The notes under the pieces: model-generated
Told to the model about the DNA's origin: nothing
The model's input: the letters and a program-made list of their open reading frames with translations, nothing else
The model's database searches: none
Translations under genes and position numbers: made by a program
From: an uncultured Gammaproteobacteria bacterium
GTDB lineage: Bacteria > Pseudomonadota > Gammaproteobacteria > GCA-002705445 > GCA-002716945
DNA: 64,000 bases
Direction of reading: 5' to 3'
NCBI GenBank assembly: GCA_902628335.1
Contig: CACOMO010000001.1
Span: forward strand, 109,313 to 173,312
In this document: in pieces, positions 1 to 10,692 of the stretch
Position numbering within the stretch: position 1 is the stretch's first letter
Layout: the number at the start of each line of letters is the position of its first letter

Positions 1-1089
1 TTCAGCATATAATGCTCTCATTACCTCTTCCGATGCAACATTTGAGAAACTAGTACTATTAGCGTCCTGTACTTCAATGGATACACCATCTTGACTCTCG
101 CTCATTATCAAACTGAATTGTTCTCTCTCCGCTGAACCTCTCCAAAAAGCCAAGAAGCCAAACATGCTGTCATTTTCCTCGACATTAACCTCACGGGCAG
201 ATAAGAGGATAATTCCATCTGATTCTTTTGTATTTAATAGTTGAACCCCAATAGTCTCCAGTGTTCTGATAGTCTGAGGCCAAACTCTCTCATAAATGTC
301 AGAAATAAATAAAGTATGAATGCCATTTTCATCTATATTCAAGGAGGCTTTATTTCTCAGTCCTGTTGATTTAACAACATTATACCCTCTTGATTTAGCC
401 TCTTCACCACCCAAAAATATATATAGCCTAGAAAGCATCTCAGATTCTATCTCAGGATCTCTTGGCCGATTTTGCCATCTAAACTCTGTCTCTCCATCTG
501 ACATATATTCTTTCCCATAATGTGTGACTAAAATATTGATTTTTTCATCTTGCTCAAGGATTCGAGTTTTAAAACTATCTCTTGTTTCCGGAGAGACTAG
601 TAATGGTACATACCTTCCAACATATCTTTGAATTGTACCCAGTTGTGCTTCACTGAGGTTTTCTAGATATACAGTCTTAATTGATCCAAGCGTGTAATCC
701 CTTTGACTAAGTCCAAAACCCTCTGATCTCCAAAAGCTAACAAGCTTATCCCATAAAACTCTTTTTTCTATATTTTTAAGCGATAACATCGAATCTCTTC
801 CATTTCTAATTAATTCAATATTTTCTAGCTTTGTATCTACAGTGAAAAGCTTGGCTTCATTATTTTTGACAAAATCTGGAATATCAAGAGCATTTCTCTC
901 TCTTGGACTTATAAGGTCAGGTGGAACTTCGAGGTCGAATTGTGTATCTTGGTATTGACTGTCTCTTTTGTAAACGACTAGATCTTCTCTTTCAGGTGCA
1001 GTTAAATCTGATACATACTCTGTTACTGATGCGCAACCTGATAAGAATATTACTAACAAAGTAAATATGAATGGATTAAAATTATACAC
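1..1089 (-). CDS. bamC: Outer-membrane assembly lipoprotein BamC (NlpB)-like, partial; the C-terminus lies beyond the window edge
   Basis: Absent from the ORF track because there is no stop in the window. I checked the minus-strand frame by hand and it is open for all 363 codons from 1089 to 1. The GTG start at 1089 overlaps the dapA stop (GTGTATAA). The N-terminus VYNFNPFIFTLLVIFLSGCAS carries a lipobox (LSGC). Its position directly downstream of dapA matches dapA-bamC synteny in gammaproteobacteria. Confidence 0.6.
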   Translation of the reverse strand, partial: MYNFNPFIFTLLVIFLSGCASVTEYVSDLTAPEREDLVVYKRDSQYQDTQFDLEVPPDLISPRERNALDIPDFVKNNEAKLFTVDTKLENIELIRNGRDSMLSLKNIEKRVLWDKLVSFWRSEGFGLSQRDYTLGSIKTVYLENLSEAQLGTIQRYVGRYVPLLVSPETRDSFKTRILEQDEKINILVTHYGKEYMSDGETEFRWQNRPRDPEIESEMLSRLYIFLGGEEAKSRGYNVVKSTGLRNKASLNIDENGIHTLFISDIYERVWPQTIRTLETIGVQLLNTKESDGIILLSAREVNVEENDSMFGFLAFWRGSAEREQFSLIMSESQDGVSIEVQDANSTSFSNVASEEVMRALYAE

Positions 1090-1990
1090 TAAGATTTTCC
1101 TCCTTAGCTTTACTATTTATGATAGCATCCTCCAGAACTTTATGATATTTTGGGTCCAACCATGTCAATGGGAGTCTAATTCCCTTCTCTATTAGACTCA
1201 TATTGTTCAACGCCCACTTTGTAGGTATAGGATTGGATTCCAGGAATAATGAGTCATGGAGAGTATCAACTGTATTATTGATTCTTTCTGCTTCATTTTT
1301 ATCTCCATTAATCGCACTTTTGCACATCCTATGCATCTGATTAGGTGCTACATTAGCGGTTACTGAGATATTTCCCATGAAGCCAAGCAACATATCTCTC
1401 ATAGAGGTTTTGTCATCACCGGTGAATATTGAAATATTTTCCGAGCATTTTTCAAGTAATTCTCTTGATCTATCCTCTGCACCTGTAGCTTCTTTTATCC
1501 CTATAATGTTTGGGTGACTGGATAATCTGTAAACAGTATCAGGCAACATATCCACAGAGGTCCTACCAGGAACATTGTATAAGATTTGGGGTATGGGAAC
1601 AGAATCAGCTATTTTTTTATAATGCTCATATAGGCCATTTTGAGTTGGTTTATTATAATATGGCGTGACTAGAAGACAGGCATCAGCTCCTAGCTCTTTA
1701 GCTTTTTTTGTTAACTCTATTGCTTCAGATGTTGAATTTGCCCCAGTGCCAGCAATAACTGGTAATCTACCATTCACTATTTCAAGAGTTTTTTTAATGA
1801 CACTCTCATGCTCTTTGAAATCAAGAGTAGCTGATTCACCAGTTGTCCCCACAGAGACAATTACGTCAGTTTTATTTAAAATATGAAATTCAATAAGTCT
1901 CTCTAGTGACTTATAATCAATCTCACCATTAAGCAGCATAGGAGTCGCTATTGCTACCATGCTACCTTTAATATGAGAATTGTTGTTCAT
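1082..1990 (-). CDS. dapA: 4-hydroxy-tetrahydrodipicolinate synthase
   Basis: 302 aa. Contains the VGTTGESATL motif and the Schiff-base Lys context IIGIKEATG. The start ATG overlaps the upstream gene's stop (ATGA). Confidence 0.95.
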   Translation of the reverse strand: MNNNSHIKGSMVAIATPMLLNGEIDYKSLERLIEFHILNKTDVIVSVGTTGESATLDFKEHESVIKKTLEIVNGRLPVIAGTGANSTSEAIELTKKAKELGADACLLVTPYYNKPTQNGLYEHYKKIADSVPIPQILYNVPGRTSVDMLPDTVYRLSSHPNIIGIKEATGAEDRSRELLEKCSENISIFTGDDKTSMRDMLLGFMGNISVTANVAPNQMHRMCKSAINGDKNEAERINNTVDTLHDSLFLESNPIPTKWALNNMSLIEKGIRLPLTWLDPKYHKVLEDAIINSKAKEENLSV

Positions 1991-3048
1991 GATTTTATTT
2001 CGACTCTAGGCCAGATAGTTAGTAGCGTATTAAACAGAACGGCAAGTGGAATTGCAAAAAAAACACCCCATATTCCCCAGATTGTACCAAAAAAAAGAAT
2101 AGATATAAGAATTGCTAACGGATGAAGGTTTACAGCATCAGAAAATAATACTGGTACAACAACATTACCATCAATAATTTGAATCAAAGTATGGGCTATA
2201 ATTACGTACCAAAAATCAGATGATGTCCCCCACTGGAAGAAAGCTACAATCACTATAGGAATTGTCACAGCAATAGCCCCAACGTATGGAATAATAACAG
2301 ATATGCCGCATAAAAATCCTAGAAGCAAGGAGTAATTTAAACCTAGAATCGCGAAAAAGAAAGTAGATGCAACCCAAACTATGATAATTTCTATCAATTT
2401 GCATCTTATGTAATTACCAAGCTTGAGATCTAATTCTGCATACGCCTTTCTAGAGAGATCTAACTTTTCAGGAAAGAACTTCTTAAACCAATCATTAATT
2501 CTTTCCTTGTCATACAGCAAAAAGAAAATCATAATCGGAACAATAATAATATAAACTATAGTCTCTATTAAACTACCTGCGGAAGATAGTGAAAAAGAAA
2601 TAATCGAGGAACCTAACATCGTAATTTCTGAATTTATGGCAGATAAAATCTCTGATATTTGACTTTGTGAAAATAAACTAAACTGACTATTGCCAGAACT
2701 AAGAAGTATATCCTTGCCACGTTCTAGCATAGATGGTAATGACTTAATGAAAAGTGAAATCTGATTAAGCATTAAGGGCACAAGAATTATAACTGTCATA
2801 AATGATAGAATCAAAAAAGATATGTAAACAGATAAGACCGCGCTAATCCGTTTTAGATTATATTTATCTGAAATCGCTTTTACTATTCCCTCTAACATAT
2901 AAGCTAGAATTATTGCAACAAGAATTGGAACAACAGTCGCTAGCAATATATAGGTGATTAGAGTAATAAAAAAAATCAGCAATGCAAGTGCTACTTGATT
3001 TGGATCAGTCAGATGAGTGTTATACCAGTCCTTGAAAAAATTTAACAT
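1987..3048 (-). CDS. AI-2E family (PerM/YdiK-like) inner-membrane transporter
   Basis: 353 aa polytopic membrane protein. Its length and C-terminal pattern (GTIWGIWGVFFAIPL) are typical of the AI-2E/UPF0118 family. Confidence 0.75.
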   Translation of the reverse strand: MLNFFKDWYNTHLTDPNQVALALLIFFITLITYILLATVVPILVAIILAYMLEGIVKAISDKYNLKRISAVLSVYISFLILSFMTVIILVPLMLNQISLFIKSLPSMLERGKDILLSSGNSQFSLFSQSQISEILSAINSEITMLGSSIISFSLSSAGSLIETIVYIIIVPIMIFFLLYDKERINDWFKKFFPEKLDLSRKAYAELDLKLGNYIRCKLIEIIIVWVASTFFFAILGLNYSLLLGFLCGISVIIPYVGAIAVTIPIVIVAFFQWGTSSDFWYVIIAHTLIQIIDGNVVVPVLFSDAVNLHPLAILISILFFGTIWGIWGVFFAIPLAVLFNTLLTIWPRVEIKS

Positions 3049-3138
3049 CTACTACATTCGCGATTAATTAGCTTTATATATAATAACCATATTCATGTTA
3101 AACTAAAATGATAATTTAAAATTTATAATAAAATAACA

Positions 3139-4398
3139 ATGAAAACCTCAAATTTTCCAATTTTTACAGTGAAAAGTGACCCCTCAGATGCAGAGGTGGT
3201 CAGTCATAAGCTTATGATAAAATCTGGTATGATTCGTAAACTGTCATCGGGTCAATATACTTGGCTACCGTTAGGTCTTAGAGTGATTGATAAAATTCAG
3301 GATATAGTAAGAAACGAATTAAACAGAATTGATTGCAGAGAAATCTTGATGCCTCTTATACAACCTAATGAACTATGGAAAGAGTCAGGGAGATGGAGTG
3401 AATATGGACCAGAACTTTTGAGATTTAAAGATAGACATGAGCGAGAATTCTGTTTTGGTCCAACATTTGAAGAAGTCATTACTGATCTTTTGAGACAAGA
3501 TTTATCTAGCTATAAGCAATTACCTATTAATTTATTTCAAATATCAACGAAATTCAGAGATGAAATAAGACCGAGGTTTGGAGTAATGCGATCCAGAGAA
3601 TTCATAATGAAAGATGCATACTCATTTCATGCATCCGCCAGTTGTCTGGATATTTCATATTCTAAATATATGAAGGCTTATAAAAATATTTTTAATTCGC
3701 TTATGTTGGATTTTACAATGGTAGATGCGGACAGTGGAAATATTGGTGGAAGTGAATCACATGAATTCCATGTTATAGCAAATACCGGTGAAGATGATCT
3801 TCTCTTAGATGATTCAAATAATGGTATGAATATTGAGATAGCGAAAGAGAAATATCAAGAAGAAAACTTAGAAAAAATTGTCGGTAAAAGTGGTATGACA
3901 CTTAAAAAAGGAATCGAGGTTGGTCATATTTTCAAACTTGGCACGAAATACTCTAAACCAATGAATTTGAGATTTACAGATGAGAATTCAAAAATCAATG
4001 ATGTTTTTATGGGTTGCTATGGTATTGGAATAAGTAGGGTTGTGGCAGCAGCTATAGAGCAGAATTATGATGATAAAGGTATAATCTGGCCTAAGACAAT
4101 GAGTCCATTTCAAGTTGCGTTAATTGAACTTGATTCTAAAAAGAATACAGGAATCAGGGAATATACTGAAAATATTTACAAAGCTCTCAAAAATAACGGA
4201 GTAGATGTCATACACGATAATCGTGATCTTAAACTTGGTAATAAATTAGCTGACTGGGAGCTGATAGGAATCCCAAATATACTCATAATCGGTCAAAAAG
4301 AGACAGAGAATAAGAATATAACACTCAAAAGAAGGGACGAAGAAGAGAAACGAGAGGTAGCATCCGAGTTCATCAACGATTCTTCGCTGACCGTCTAA
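3139..4398 (+). CDS. proS: Proline--tRNA ligase, bacterial type, lacking the INS editing domain
   Basis: Class II motifs are present: motif 2 RPRFGVMRSREFIMKDAYSFH and motif 3 GCYGIGISRVVAAAIEQ. A C-terminal anticodon-binding domain is also present. The protein is only 419 aa, with about 34 aa between HEFHVIANTGEDDL and GIEVGHIFKLGTKYS. Confidence 0.9.
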   Translation: MKTSNFPIFTVKSDPSDAEVVSHKLMIKSGMIRKLSSGQYTWLPLGLRVIDKIQDIVRNELNRIDCREILMPLIQPNELWKESGRWSEYGPELLRFKDRHEREFCFGPTFEEVITDLLRQDLSSYKQLPINLFQISTKFRDEIRPRFGVMRSREFIMKDAYSFHASASCLDISYSKYMKAYKNIFNSLMLDFTMVDADSGNIGGSESHEFHVIANTGEDDLLLDDSNNGMNIEIAKEKYQEENLEKIVGKSGMTLKKGIEVGHIFKLGTKYSKPMNLRFTDENSKINDVFMGCYGIGISRVVAAAIEQNYDDKGIIWPKTMSPFQVALIELDSKKNTGIREYTENIYKALKNNGVDVIHDNRDLKLGNKLADWELIGIPNILIIGQKETENKNITLKRRDEEEKREVASEFINDSSLTV

Positions 4399-4703
4399 TC
4401 ATCTAAAAATCTATAGTTACCTTTTTGTTTATTATGTTGCTCAATTGACATTTTTGCTTGATTTAGAGCTTGCTCAGCAAAATTTATTGATTTTTTATAG
4501 TCTTTATCTGCATGAGCTTTAGATGCTTTTTTGATGAGTTTTCGAACATCTCTCCACTCGTTCTTTAGTTTAATCGCAATCTTGTTAGTAGATTTTGCTT
4601 CTTTAATTAGTGCTGATGATTTTTCTTCAAGCGTATTTGACATAGCAAAGTTTACACTGAAAATTTGTAGTAGTATTATTAAGAAATAGGATATAATTTT
4701 CAT
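4395..4703 (-). CDS. Hypothetical small secreted, Lys-rich helical protein
   Basis: 102 aa. Has an N-terminal signal-like segment (MKIISYFLIILLQIFSVNFAMS). I recognise no family. It overlaps the proS stop by 4 nt in convergent orientation. Confidence 0.45.
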   Translation of the reverse strand: MKIISYFLIILLQIFSVNFAMSNTLEEKSSALIKEAKSTNKIAIKLKNEWRDVRKLIKKASKAHADKDYKKSINFAEQALNQAKMSIEQHNKQKGNYRFLDD

Positions 4704-4748
4704 CTTCTTACAATAACTTTAGCGTTTATTTTCTCCCGTATATAGAAT

Positions 4749-5315
4749 ATGCTATCAAATATGACAAGCATTCTTATTATATATTATTCTAGAAATGGCT
4801 CAACGAAAAAAATGGCACGATTAATATCACGTGGGATAGAGACTACTAAAGGCGTTGAATCAAGAATAAGAACTGTAGATAGTAAAAACGACGATGATCC
4901 CCTTGTTGAAAAATCTGATCTTGCTAGTTGTGATGGTCTAATTGTAGGAAGTCCTACTCATTTTGGAAACATGGCAGCTCCTATGAAAGAATTCATCGAC
5001 TCAACAACAGAAGAGTGGTTCAATGGAACACTTATCAACAAACCAGCTGGTGTATTTACATCAACTTCAAGCATGCACGGTGGTCAAGAGACTACTTTAT
5101 TAAGTATGATGTTACCACTTATACATCATGGAATGATCATAGTTGGAGTTCCATATAGTGAAAATAAACTTAACTCGACTCTATCTGGAGGTACTCCATA
5201 TGGACCTACTCATGTAGCTTTAAAAAATTCATCAGATATTTCTGAAGATGAAAAAGAGATTTGTATAAATTACGGTAAAAGATTTGCTAGCATATGCATG
5301 AAAAATAAAAGTTGA
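4749..5315 (+). CDS. wrbA: NAD(P)H:quinone oxidoreductase, WrbA/flavodoxin-like
   Basis: Has an FMN-binding N-terminus (ILIIYYSRNGSTKKMA) and the GSPTHFGNMAAPMKEFID motif. An alternative start is M5 at 4761. Confidence 0.85.
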   Translation: MLSNMTSILIIYYSRNGSTKKMARLISRGIETTKGVESRIRTVDSKNDDDPLVEKSDLASCDGLIVGSPTHFGNMAAPMKEFIDSTTEEWFNGTLINKPAGVFTSTSSMHGGQETTLLSMMLPLIHHGMIIVGVPYSENKLNSTLSGGTPYGPTHVALKNSSDISEDEKEICINYGKRFASICMKNKS

Positions 5316-5322
5316 TATCCAT

Positions 5323-6021
5323 TTAATCATAAGTTCTTTGAATAATACTCTTTACAAATGGTACAGTTACCTTTTTTTTAAGTGCTAGTGAATTTTCATC
5401 CAAGCTCTTAAGAACATTACAAAGAAAAAACAGATCTCTTGGATAATGATTCATAATATACTGACATACATTCTCATCTATAGTCCAACCTATCTCTTTA
5501 GTAATCTTTTTTACAACTTCTATTTTTTGATCATCACTAATCTCATTAATACTAAATATTAAATTTGACTTAAGCCTGGACTTGAGATCATTTTTTGTAA
5601 AATCTATCTCTTCTGTTGATTTGACTGTAGAAATCAAAATTGATTTTTTCAACAGTATGAACTCATTTATGTAATAAAAAAGTAAATCCTCAGTATTTCC
5701 CATCTTTAATATTTCCTCGAAGTCATCGATGATGAGGTATTTAGTATTGTGGATGTCAATATCACTCAATAGCTTAAAATTACTCTGATCTATGTAGATT
5801 TTATTATCAATAATTCTTTCACAGACCGCTTTACAAAGATGTGATTTTCCAGTTGATTTTTTGCCGTACAAGTAGATTAGTTGTCCCGTATTATTTTCAG
5901 CAAATATTTTTAAAACATCAATTAATTGTTGATTACTTCCTGCAATGTAATTTTCAAGAGTTTTTTTGTTACAAAACGAGAAGTTAATTGGAATCTGATC
6001 GTGTTTGCTAGTTTTATCCAT
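5323..6021 (-). CDS. hda: DnaA-inactivating protein Hda (DnaA family AAA+)
   Basis: 232 aa. Contains a Walker A motif (GKKSTGKSHL) and DnaA domain III-like architecture. Its size is typical of Hda. Confidence 0.8.
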   Translation of the reverse strand: MDKTSKHDQIPINFSFCNKKTLENYIAGSNQQLIDVLKIFAENNTGQLIYLYGKKSTGKSHLCKAVCERIIDNKIYIDQSNFKLLSDIDIHNTKYLIIDDFEEILKMGNTEDLLFYYINEFILLKKSILISTVKSTEEIDFTKNDLKSRLKSNLIFSINEISDDQKIEVVKKITKEIGWTIDENVCQYIMNHYPRDLFFLCNVLKSLDENSLALKKKVTVPFVKSIIQRTYD

Positions 6022-6079
6022 ATAATTTTGTGTATAGACTCATAGATTAATATATAATTATATCTCAAGCCAATAAACT

Positions 6080-7108
6080 ATGAAAAAAATAAAGAAAAAG
6101 CTGACGTATATAAATTCAGGCGTAAACATAAGAGCCGCAGAAAATCTGATCAGTCCTCTAAAAAAGGGCGGTAGTTCAAAGAATAGTCAAATTCTGTCAA
6201 TAATTGGCGGATTCGCAAGCTTATATCAAGTAGATATTAAAAAATATCCTAACCCTGTTATAGTATGTGGTACAGATGGCGTAGGGACTAAGCTTAAAAT
6301 TGCAATGAAATTGAACAAACACTCTGGTATTGGTCAAGATCTACTAGCAATGTGTGTTAACGATGTAATAACATGCGGAGCAGACCCTATTCTTTTCTTG
6401 GATTATTTAGCAACTAGTAAAATTAATGTAAAATTTCATCAGAGAGTGTTACTTGGTATAAAAAAAGCTTGTGAAGAGATTAATGTCATTCTTGCTGGTG
6501 GTGAAACAGCTGAAATGCCAGGTTTCTATAAGGGTAATGAATATGACCTAGCAGGATTTTGTATTGGGATTATAGAAAAGAGCAAAATTATTAATACTAA
6601 AAGAATCATGCAAAATGATATTATTTTAGGTATTGAGTCGAGTGGTTTGCACTCCAATGGGTATTCACTCGTTAATAAATTAGTTGCAAAAAAATTACTT
6701 TCTCTAAATCAGATGTTCAATAAATCAAAAATCGGAAATACATTGCTTAGGCCTACAAAAATCTACAGTGATATTATTAGAAAAATTAGAGATAGGCTTA
6801 AAGGTTGTGCTCACATCACTGGAGGTGGAATTACAGAAAATCTCTCCAGGATATTACCTGATGGGAGAAGTGCATTGATAAAGATTGATTCATGGAAGAG
6901 GCAAAATATCTTTAAATTAATTCAAGATAAAGCTAATCTTAGTGATCAAGATATGCTTGGAACTTTTAATTGTGGGATCGGTATGATAATTGTGGTAGAT
7001 AAAAAAAACAAAGATAGTGTGATTAAAGATTGTGATAAATTAAATTATAAAATATTTGAAATAGGCAACATCACTAAAGAGTCTCGATCAAAAATAATTT
7101 ATGAGTAA
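6080..7108 (+). CDS. purM: Phosphoribosylformylglycinamidine cyclo-ligase (AIR synthetase)
   Basis: 342 aa with the GTDGVGTKL motif. Conserved purM-purN pairing. Confidence 0.95.
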   Translation: MKKIKKKLTYINSGVNIRAAENLISPLKKGGSSKNSQILSIIGGFASLYQVDIKKYPNPVIVCGTDGVGTKLKIAMKLNKHSGIGQDLLAMCVNDVITCGADPILFLDYLATSKINVKFHQRVLLGIKKACEEINVILAGGETAEMPGFYKGNEYDLAGFCIGIIEKSKIINTKRIMQNDIILGIESSGLHSNGYSLVNKLVAKKLLSLNQMFNKSKIGNTLLRPTKIYSDIIRKIRDRLKGCAHITGGGITENLSRILPDGRSALIKIDSWKRQNIFKLIQDKANLSDQDMLGTFNCGIGMIIVVDKKNKDSVIKDCDKLNYKIFEIGNITKESRSKIIYE

Positions 7109-7727
7109 ATTGAATTGTCAAATATTTCTATCAGGAAATGGATCAAATCTGAAAAACATCATTCAGAAAGTTGATTCAGGTTTCTTACAAAATATACATA
7201 TTCACACTGTAATTACAGATAACCCCGGAGCTGAGGGTCTAAGATATGCACATGAGAGAAATATCTCAACGAAAATAATTAGTGATGTCTATGGTTATGA
7301 GGATATCTCACTTGATATTAAAAAATATAATATTGATTTAATTGTTCTAGCTGGATTTATGAAAATTCTTCCGAAATACTTTGTAGAACATCATGATGGT
7401 AAAATAATAAATTTACATCCATCATTGCTACCTAAACACAGAGGTTTAGACACTCATAAACGCGTTATTCAGTCAGGTGATAGTCTACATGGTGCATCAG
7501 TTCACTTTGTTACAGAGAAACTCGATGAAGGACCTGTTTTTATTCAAGGAGTGATTGAAGTTAAAGAGTCTGATACAGTATCTTCATTAAAAAAAAGTGT
7601 CCATAATATAGAATATCAAATACTGCCTATAGCAATGAGATGGTTTAGTGAACAGCTCATTGAAAAGAATGGTAAATATTTTAATTTCAGGGGCGTACTG
7701 GAAAAAGAACCAATAAGGTATTTATGA
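7101..7727 (+). CDS. purN: Phosphoribosylglycinamide formyltransferase
   Basis: 208 aa with the IINLHPSLLPKHRGLDTH motif. Overlaps purM by 8 nt. Confidence 0.95.
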   Translation: MSKLNCQIFLSGNGSNLKNIIQKVDSGFLQNIHIHTVITDNPGAEGLRYAHERNISTKIISDVYGYEDISLDIKKYNIDLIVLAGFMKILPKYFVEHHDGKIINLHPSLLPKHRGLDTHKRVIQSGDSLHGASVHFVTEKLDEGPVFIQGVIEVKESDTVSSLKKSVHNIEYQILPIAMRWFSEQLIEKNGKYFNFRGVLEKEPIRYL

Positions 7728-8452
7728 AGAGGATCTTAACCTACGTGATTCCAATTATTGTTCTCGTATTTAATTTTGTAAATGCAAATAATGTTTTTTC
7801 CATGGATCTAGTGAGCAAGCACAGTTATGTAATTACGAAAGGTAATATACAATTTGCTAAAACAATAAACTCCTTTTACAAAAGTAATGGTAAATCAGTA
7901 TTTGAAGTATATAGTTCGACATCTGGAATTTTTAAATTTAAGAAAGACATTAGAAAAGAAATGTCAATATTCAAGATTTTAGACAATAGAATCATCTCAG
8001 AGGAGTACTCTTTCTCAAGACAAAAAAAAGATACATATGAGACATATCTGACAAAAATCTCCAGAGATGAAACGAAACAATCTAGCACTATCGTTGAGAA
8101 AAACGATCAAAATGAGACTTTATATCACCCGTATCTCAAAAATGTCCACGATAGACTCTCTGTACAGCTAGATTATAAAAATAAAATTAAGTCTGGAAAA
8201 TATAATCAAGTATATACGGTTCTGGATAAAGGAAGAGTGAGAGAGTACAGGTTTAGCAAAGAATCTCTAGACGTGATATCAACTATTTTTGGTGATACAA
8301 AGTGCATTGTGGTCAAACGAATTATCAAAGATAATAAGCGAAGCACACTTACTTGGTATGCTATAGATCATGATTTGATTCCTGTAATGATAAAACAGTA
8401 TCGCAAGGACAATCTGCAATTTACTGTGAAATTAGATAGTATAAATGACTAA
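7724..8452 (+). CDS. DUF3108-like secreted protein
   Basis: 242 aa with a signal peptide. Its position after purMN matches many gammaproteobacteria. The family assignment is from memory of its general composition only. Confidence 0.55.
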   Translation: MKRILTYVIPIIVLVFNFVNANNVFSMDLVSKHSYVITKGNIQFAKTINSFYKSNGKSVFEVYSSTSGIFKFKKDIRKEMSIFKILDNRIISEEYSFSRQKKDTYETYLTKISRDETKQSSTIVEKNDQNETLYHPYLKNVHDRLSVQLDYKNKIKSGKYNQVYTVLDKGRVREYRFSKESLDVISTIFGDTKCIVVKRIIKDNKRSTLTWYAIDHDLIPVMIKQYRKDNLQFTVKLDSIND

Positions 8453-9645
8453 GGTTTATTTTTTAATCTAAGAGCGTTGATTTTTATAAAACCTTCAGCA
8501 TCTTTTTGATTATAATTGCCAGAATCTTTTTCAAAAGTAGACAAATCCTCGCTGTAAAGAGAGTTTGGTGATTGTCTTCCACAAACTATAACATTACCTT
8601 TTAAAAGTTTGATCTTTACTGAGCCAGAAACATTTTCCTGTGATTGATCAATTATTGTTTGTAAACTCTTTCTTTCTGGGCTAAACCAGTACCCATTATA
8701 GATTAATCTAGAGTAACGATTAACCAAATCTTCCTTTAGATGAAGTAATTCTCTATCTAGTGTAATTGACTCAATAGCTCTATGAGCCTTTGCATAAATC
8801 GTTCCAGCAGGCGTCTCATAACAACCACGTGACTTTATCCCGACATATCTATTTTCAACTATGTCTGACCTACCAATGCCATGTTTACCAGCAATTAAAT
8901 TGAGTTTTGCAAATATCTTAGCAGGTGACATTTTTCTAGAGTTTAATTTAATCACGTCCCCACGTTCAAACTCCAGGGTAATTGTATCTGCTTTAGCTGG
9001 CGCAGATGCAATCGAAGAAGTTCTAAGCCACATTTTTTCTTCAGGTTCACTCCATGGATCCTCAAGAATTCCACCTTCATAAGATGTGTGCAATATATTT
9101 GCGTCCATTGAATATGGACTTTTCTTACCTTGATCAAAATCAATGCTAATTTTATTCATCCGAGCATATCTTACTAAATCTTTTCTGGAGGAAAATGCCC
9201 ATTCTCTCCATGGTGCAATAATTTTAATTTTTGGGTTTAGGGCGTATGCGGATAGCTCAAATCTAACCTGATCATTACCTTTACCTGTAGATCCATGACA
9301 AATTGCGTCAGCCCTCTCTTTTTTAGCAATTTCTACGAGTCTTTTACTTATCAGAGGTCTCGCAATTGAGGTACCAAGAAAATATTCTCCTTCATATACT
9401 GCATTAGCTCTGAGCATTGGATAAACATAGTCTTTTACAAATTCCTCTTTTAGATCCTCTATATAGATTTTTTTTATACCAAGTTTTTTTGCTTTTTGTC
9501 TTGCATCCTTCGTTTCATCACCTTGGCCGATATCTGCTGTGAATGTAACGACTTCACATTCATACTTTTCCATCAGCCATTTAGCGATCACTGAAGTATC
9601 CAGGCCGCCTGAATAGGCTAGTATGACTTTTCTAGGTTTCAACAT
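8449..9645 (-). CDS. argG: Argininosuccinate synthase
   Basis: Contains the ATP-binding motif [10 protein letters not shown] trimmed the start to ATG 9645 ([14 protein letters not shown]). The track's 17-aa extension lies inside moaE. Confidence 0.93.
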   Translation of the reverse strand: MLKPRKVILAYSGGLDTSVIAKWLMEKYECEVVTFTADIGQGDETKDARQKAKKLGIKKIYIEDLKEEFVKDYVYPMLRANAVYEGEYFLGTSIARPLISKRLVEIAKKERADAICHGSTGKGNDQVRFELSAYALNPKIKIIAPWREWAFSSRKDLVRYARMNKISIDFDQGKKSPYSMDANILHTSYEGGILEDPWSEPEEKMWLRTSSIASAPAKADTITLEFERGDVIKLNSRKMSPAKIFAKLNLIAGKHGIGRSDIVENRYVGIKSRGCYETPAGTIYAKAHRAIESITLDRELLHLKEDLVNRYSRLIYNGYWFSPERKSLQTIIDQSQENVSGSVKIKLLKGNVIVCGRQSPNSLYSEDLSTFEKDSGNYNQKDAEGFIKINALRLKNKP

Positions 9646-10099
9646 TATCAACTGTCGCTTGTTTATCTTGCTGAACCCATCTGAAACCCTTTTCATTACT
9701 CTCTTTTTTCCAAAATGGTGCTTCGGACTTAAGAGCTTCCATTATATCTCTCGTTGCATCAAATGCACTATCTCTGTGCTCTGACCAAGTTGCAACTATA
9801 ACAATAGGGTCAGTTGGTTTTAACTCTCCTACTCTGTGTATAACAAGTCCATCAAAGATTTTATGTTTTTTTATCGCATCCTCTACAATTTTTGACAAAT
9901 ATTTCTCTGTCATATCTGGATAATGCTCAAGGAACAAACTCTCTACTGTTTCATCGTCATTAAAATCTCTTACGGTACCTAAGAAAACAGAAGAAGCACC
10001 TATATTTGAGTTATTCTGTAATTCATTTCTCTTGAACTCTACAATTTCTTGCCATGGATCGAATTTTTCATCTAAAATTTTAATTTTCATTTTAACCAC
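9632..10099 (-). CDS. moaE: Molybdopterin synthase catalytic subunit
   Basis: 155 aa MoaE-like protein. Overlaps moaD by 8 nt. Confidence 0.88.
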   Translation of the reverse strand: MVKMKIKILDEKFDPWQEIVEFKRNELQNNSNIGASSVFLGTVRDFNDDETVESLFLEHYPDMTEKYLSKIVEDAIKKHKIFDGLVIHRVGELKPTDPIVIVATWSEHRDSAFDATRDIMEALKSEAPFWKKESNEKGFRWVQQDKQATVDNVET

Positions 10100-10325
10100 C
10101 GGTTACAGGAGGGAAATAAGCCACCTCATCACCATCCTTTAGTTTATATGAGCTATTAACATATTCATGATTAACTGCCATCAGTACAATACCACTATAT
10201 GGTTTGTCTGCAGTAAGCTGCTCGAATAGTTTGCCCACTGTCATATCATCATTAACTTGAATGTTCGCAATACCTATACCCATATCATCTTTAATGCTTG
10301 CAAAATATCTAACACAAATATTCAT
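10092..10325 (-). CDS. moaD: Molybdopterin synthase sulfur-carrier subunit
   Basis: 77 aa of ubiquitin-like size, ending in the obligatory C-terminal GG (PPVTGG). Confidence 0.85.
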   Translation of the reverse strand: MNICVRYFASIKDDMGIGIANIQVNDDMTVGKLFEQLTADKPYSGIVLMAVNHEYVNSSYKLKDGDEVAYFPPVTGG

Positions 10326-10396
10326 GATGTGATTTGTATAATAGTATAAATCTCCTTATTATCAAACAAATATTGTATGTTGATCCAATAATCGAG

Positions 10397-10660
10397 CTAT
10401 TTAACTTTGCTTCCTTGTTTCGTGAGTATAACGCCAATCAGAATTGAGAGATAACATATAACTGCTAGAGACCAATCGCCTAACACTATACCTGGGTAAA
10501 GTGGAATGAGTGGAAAGAACATCAAACTTACTACGCTACCGACAATTACATGAAAGACGCCATAATCCGGGAAAACCTGAATCAGTATTCCGTAAGCAGC
10601 AAAGTATCCGGCAACTACTGCTATAAGATAAAATATATAGCCAAATAAACTAAAAATCAT
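10397..10660 (-). CDS. Hypothetical small membrane protein (about 3 TM) embedded in the Moco operon
   Basis: 87 aa, strongly hydrophobic. Same strand as moaA and moaD and located between them. I recognise no family. Confidence 0.45.
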   Translation of the reverse strand: MIFSLFGYIFYLIAVVAGYFAAYGILIQVFPDYGVFHVIVGSVVSLMFFPLIPLYPGIVLGDWSLAVICYLSILIGVILTKQGSKVK

Positions 10661-10692
10661 AACTTATTATCTAATAACAAGAGCTCAACTCA

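Noticed and set aside
320-520. A 66-aa plus-strand ORF in the first kilobase, the only ORF the track reports there.
   Set aside because: The opposite strand carries an uninterrupted 363-codon frame with a lipobox and dapA-bamC synteny. The 66-aa ORF is an antisense artefact.
9646-9696. A 17-residue N-terminal extension of argG ([17 protein letters not shown]).
   Set aside because: It lies within the moaE coding region. The conserved ArgG N-terminus ([13 protein letters not shown]) begins right after the internal ATG at 9645.
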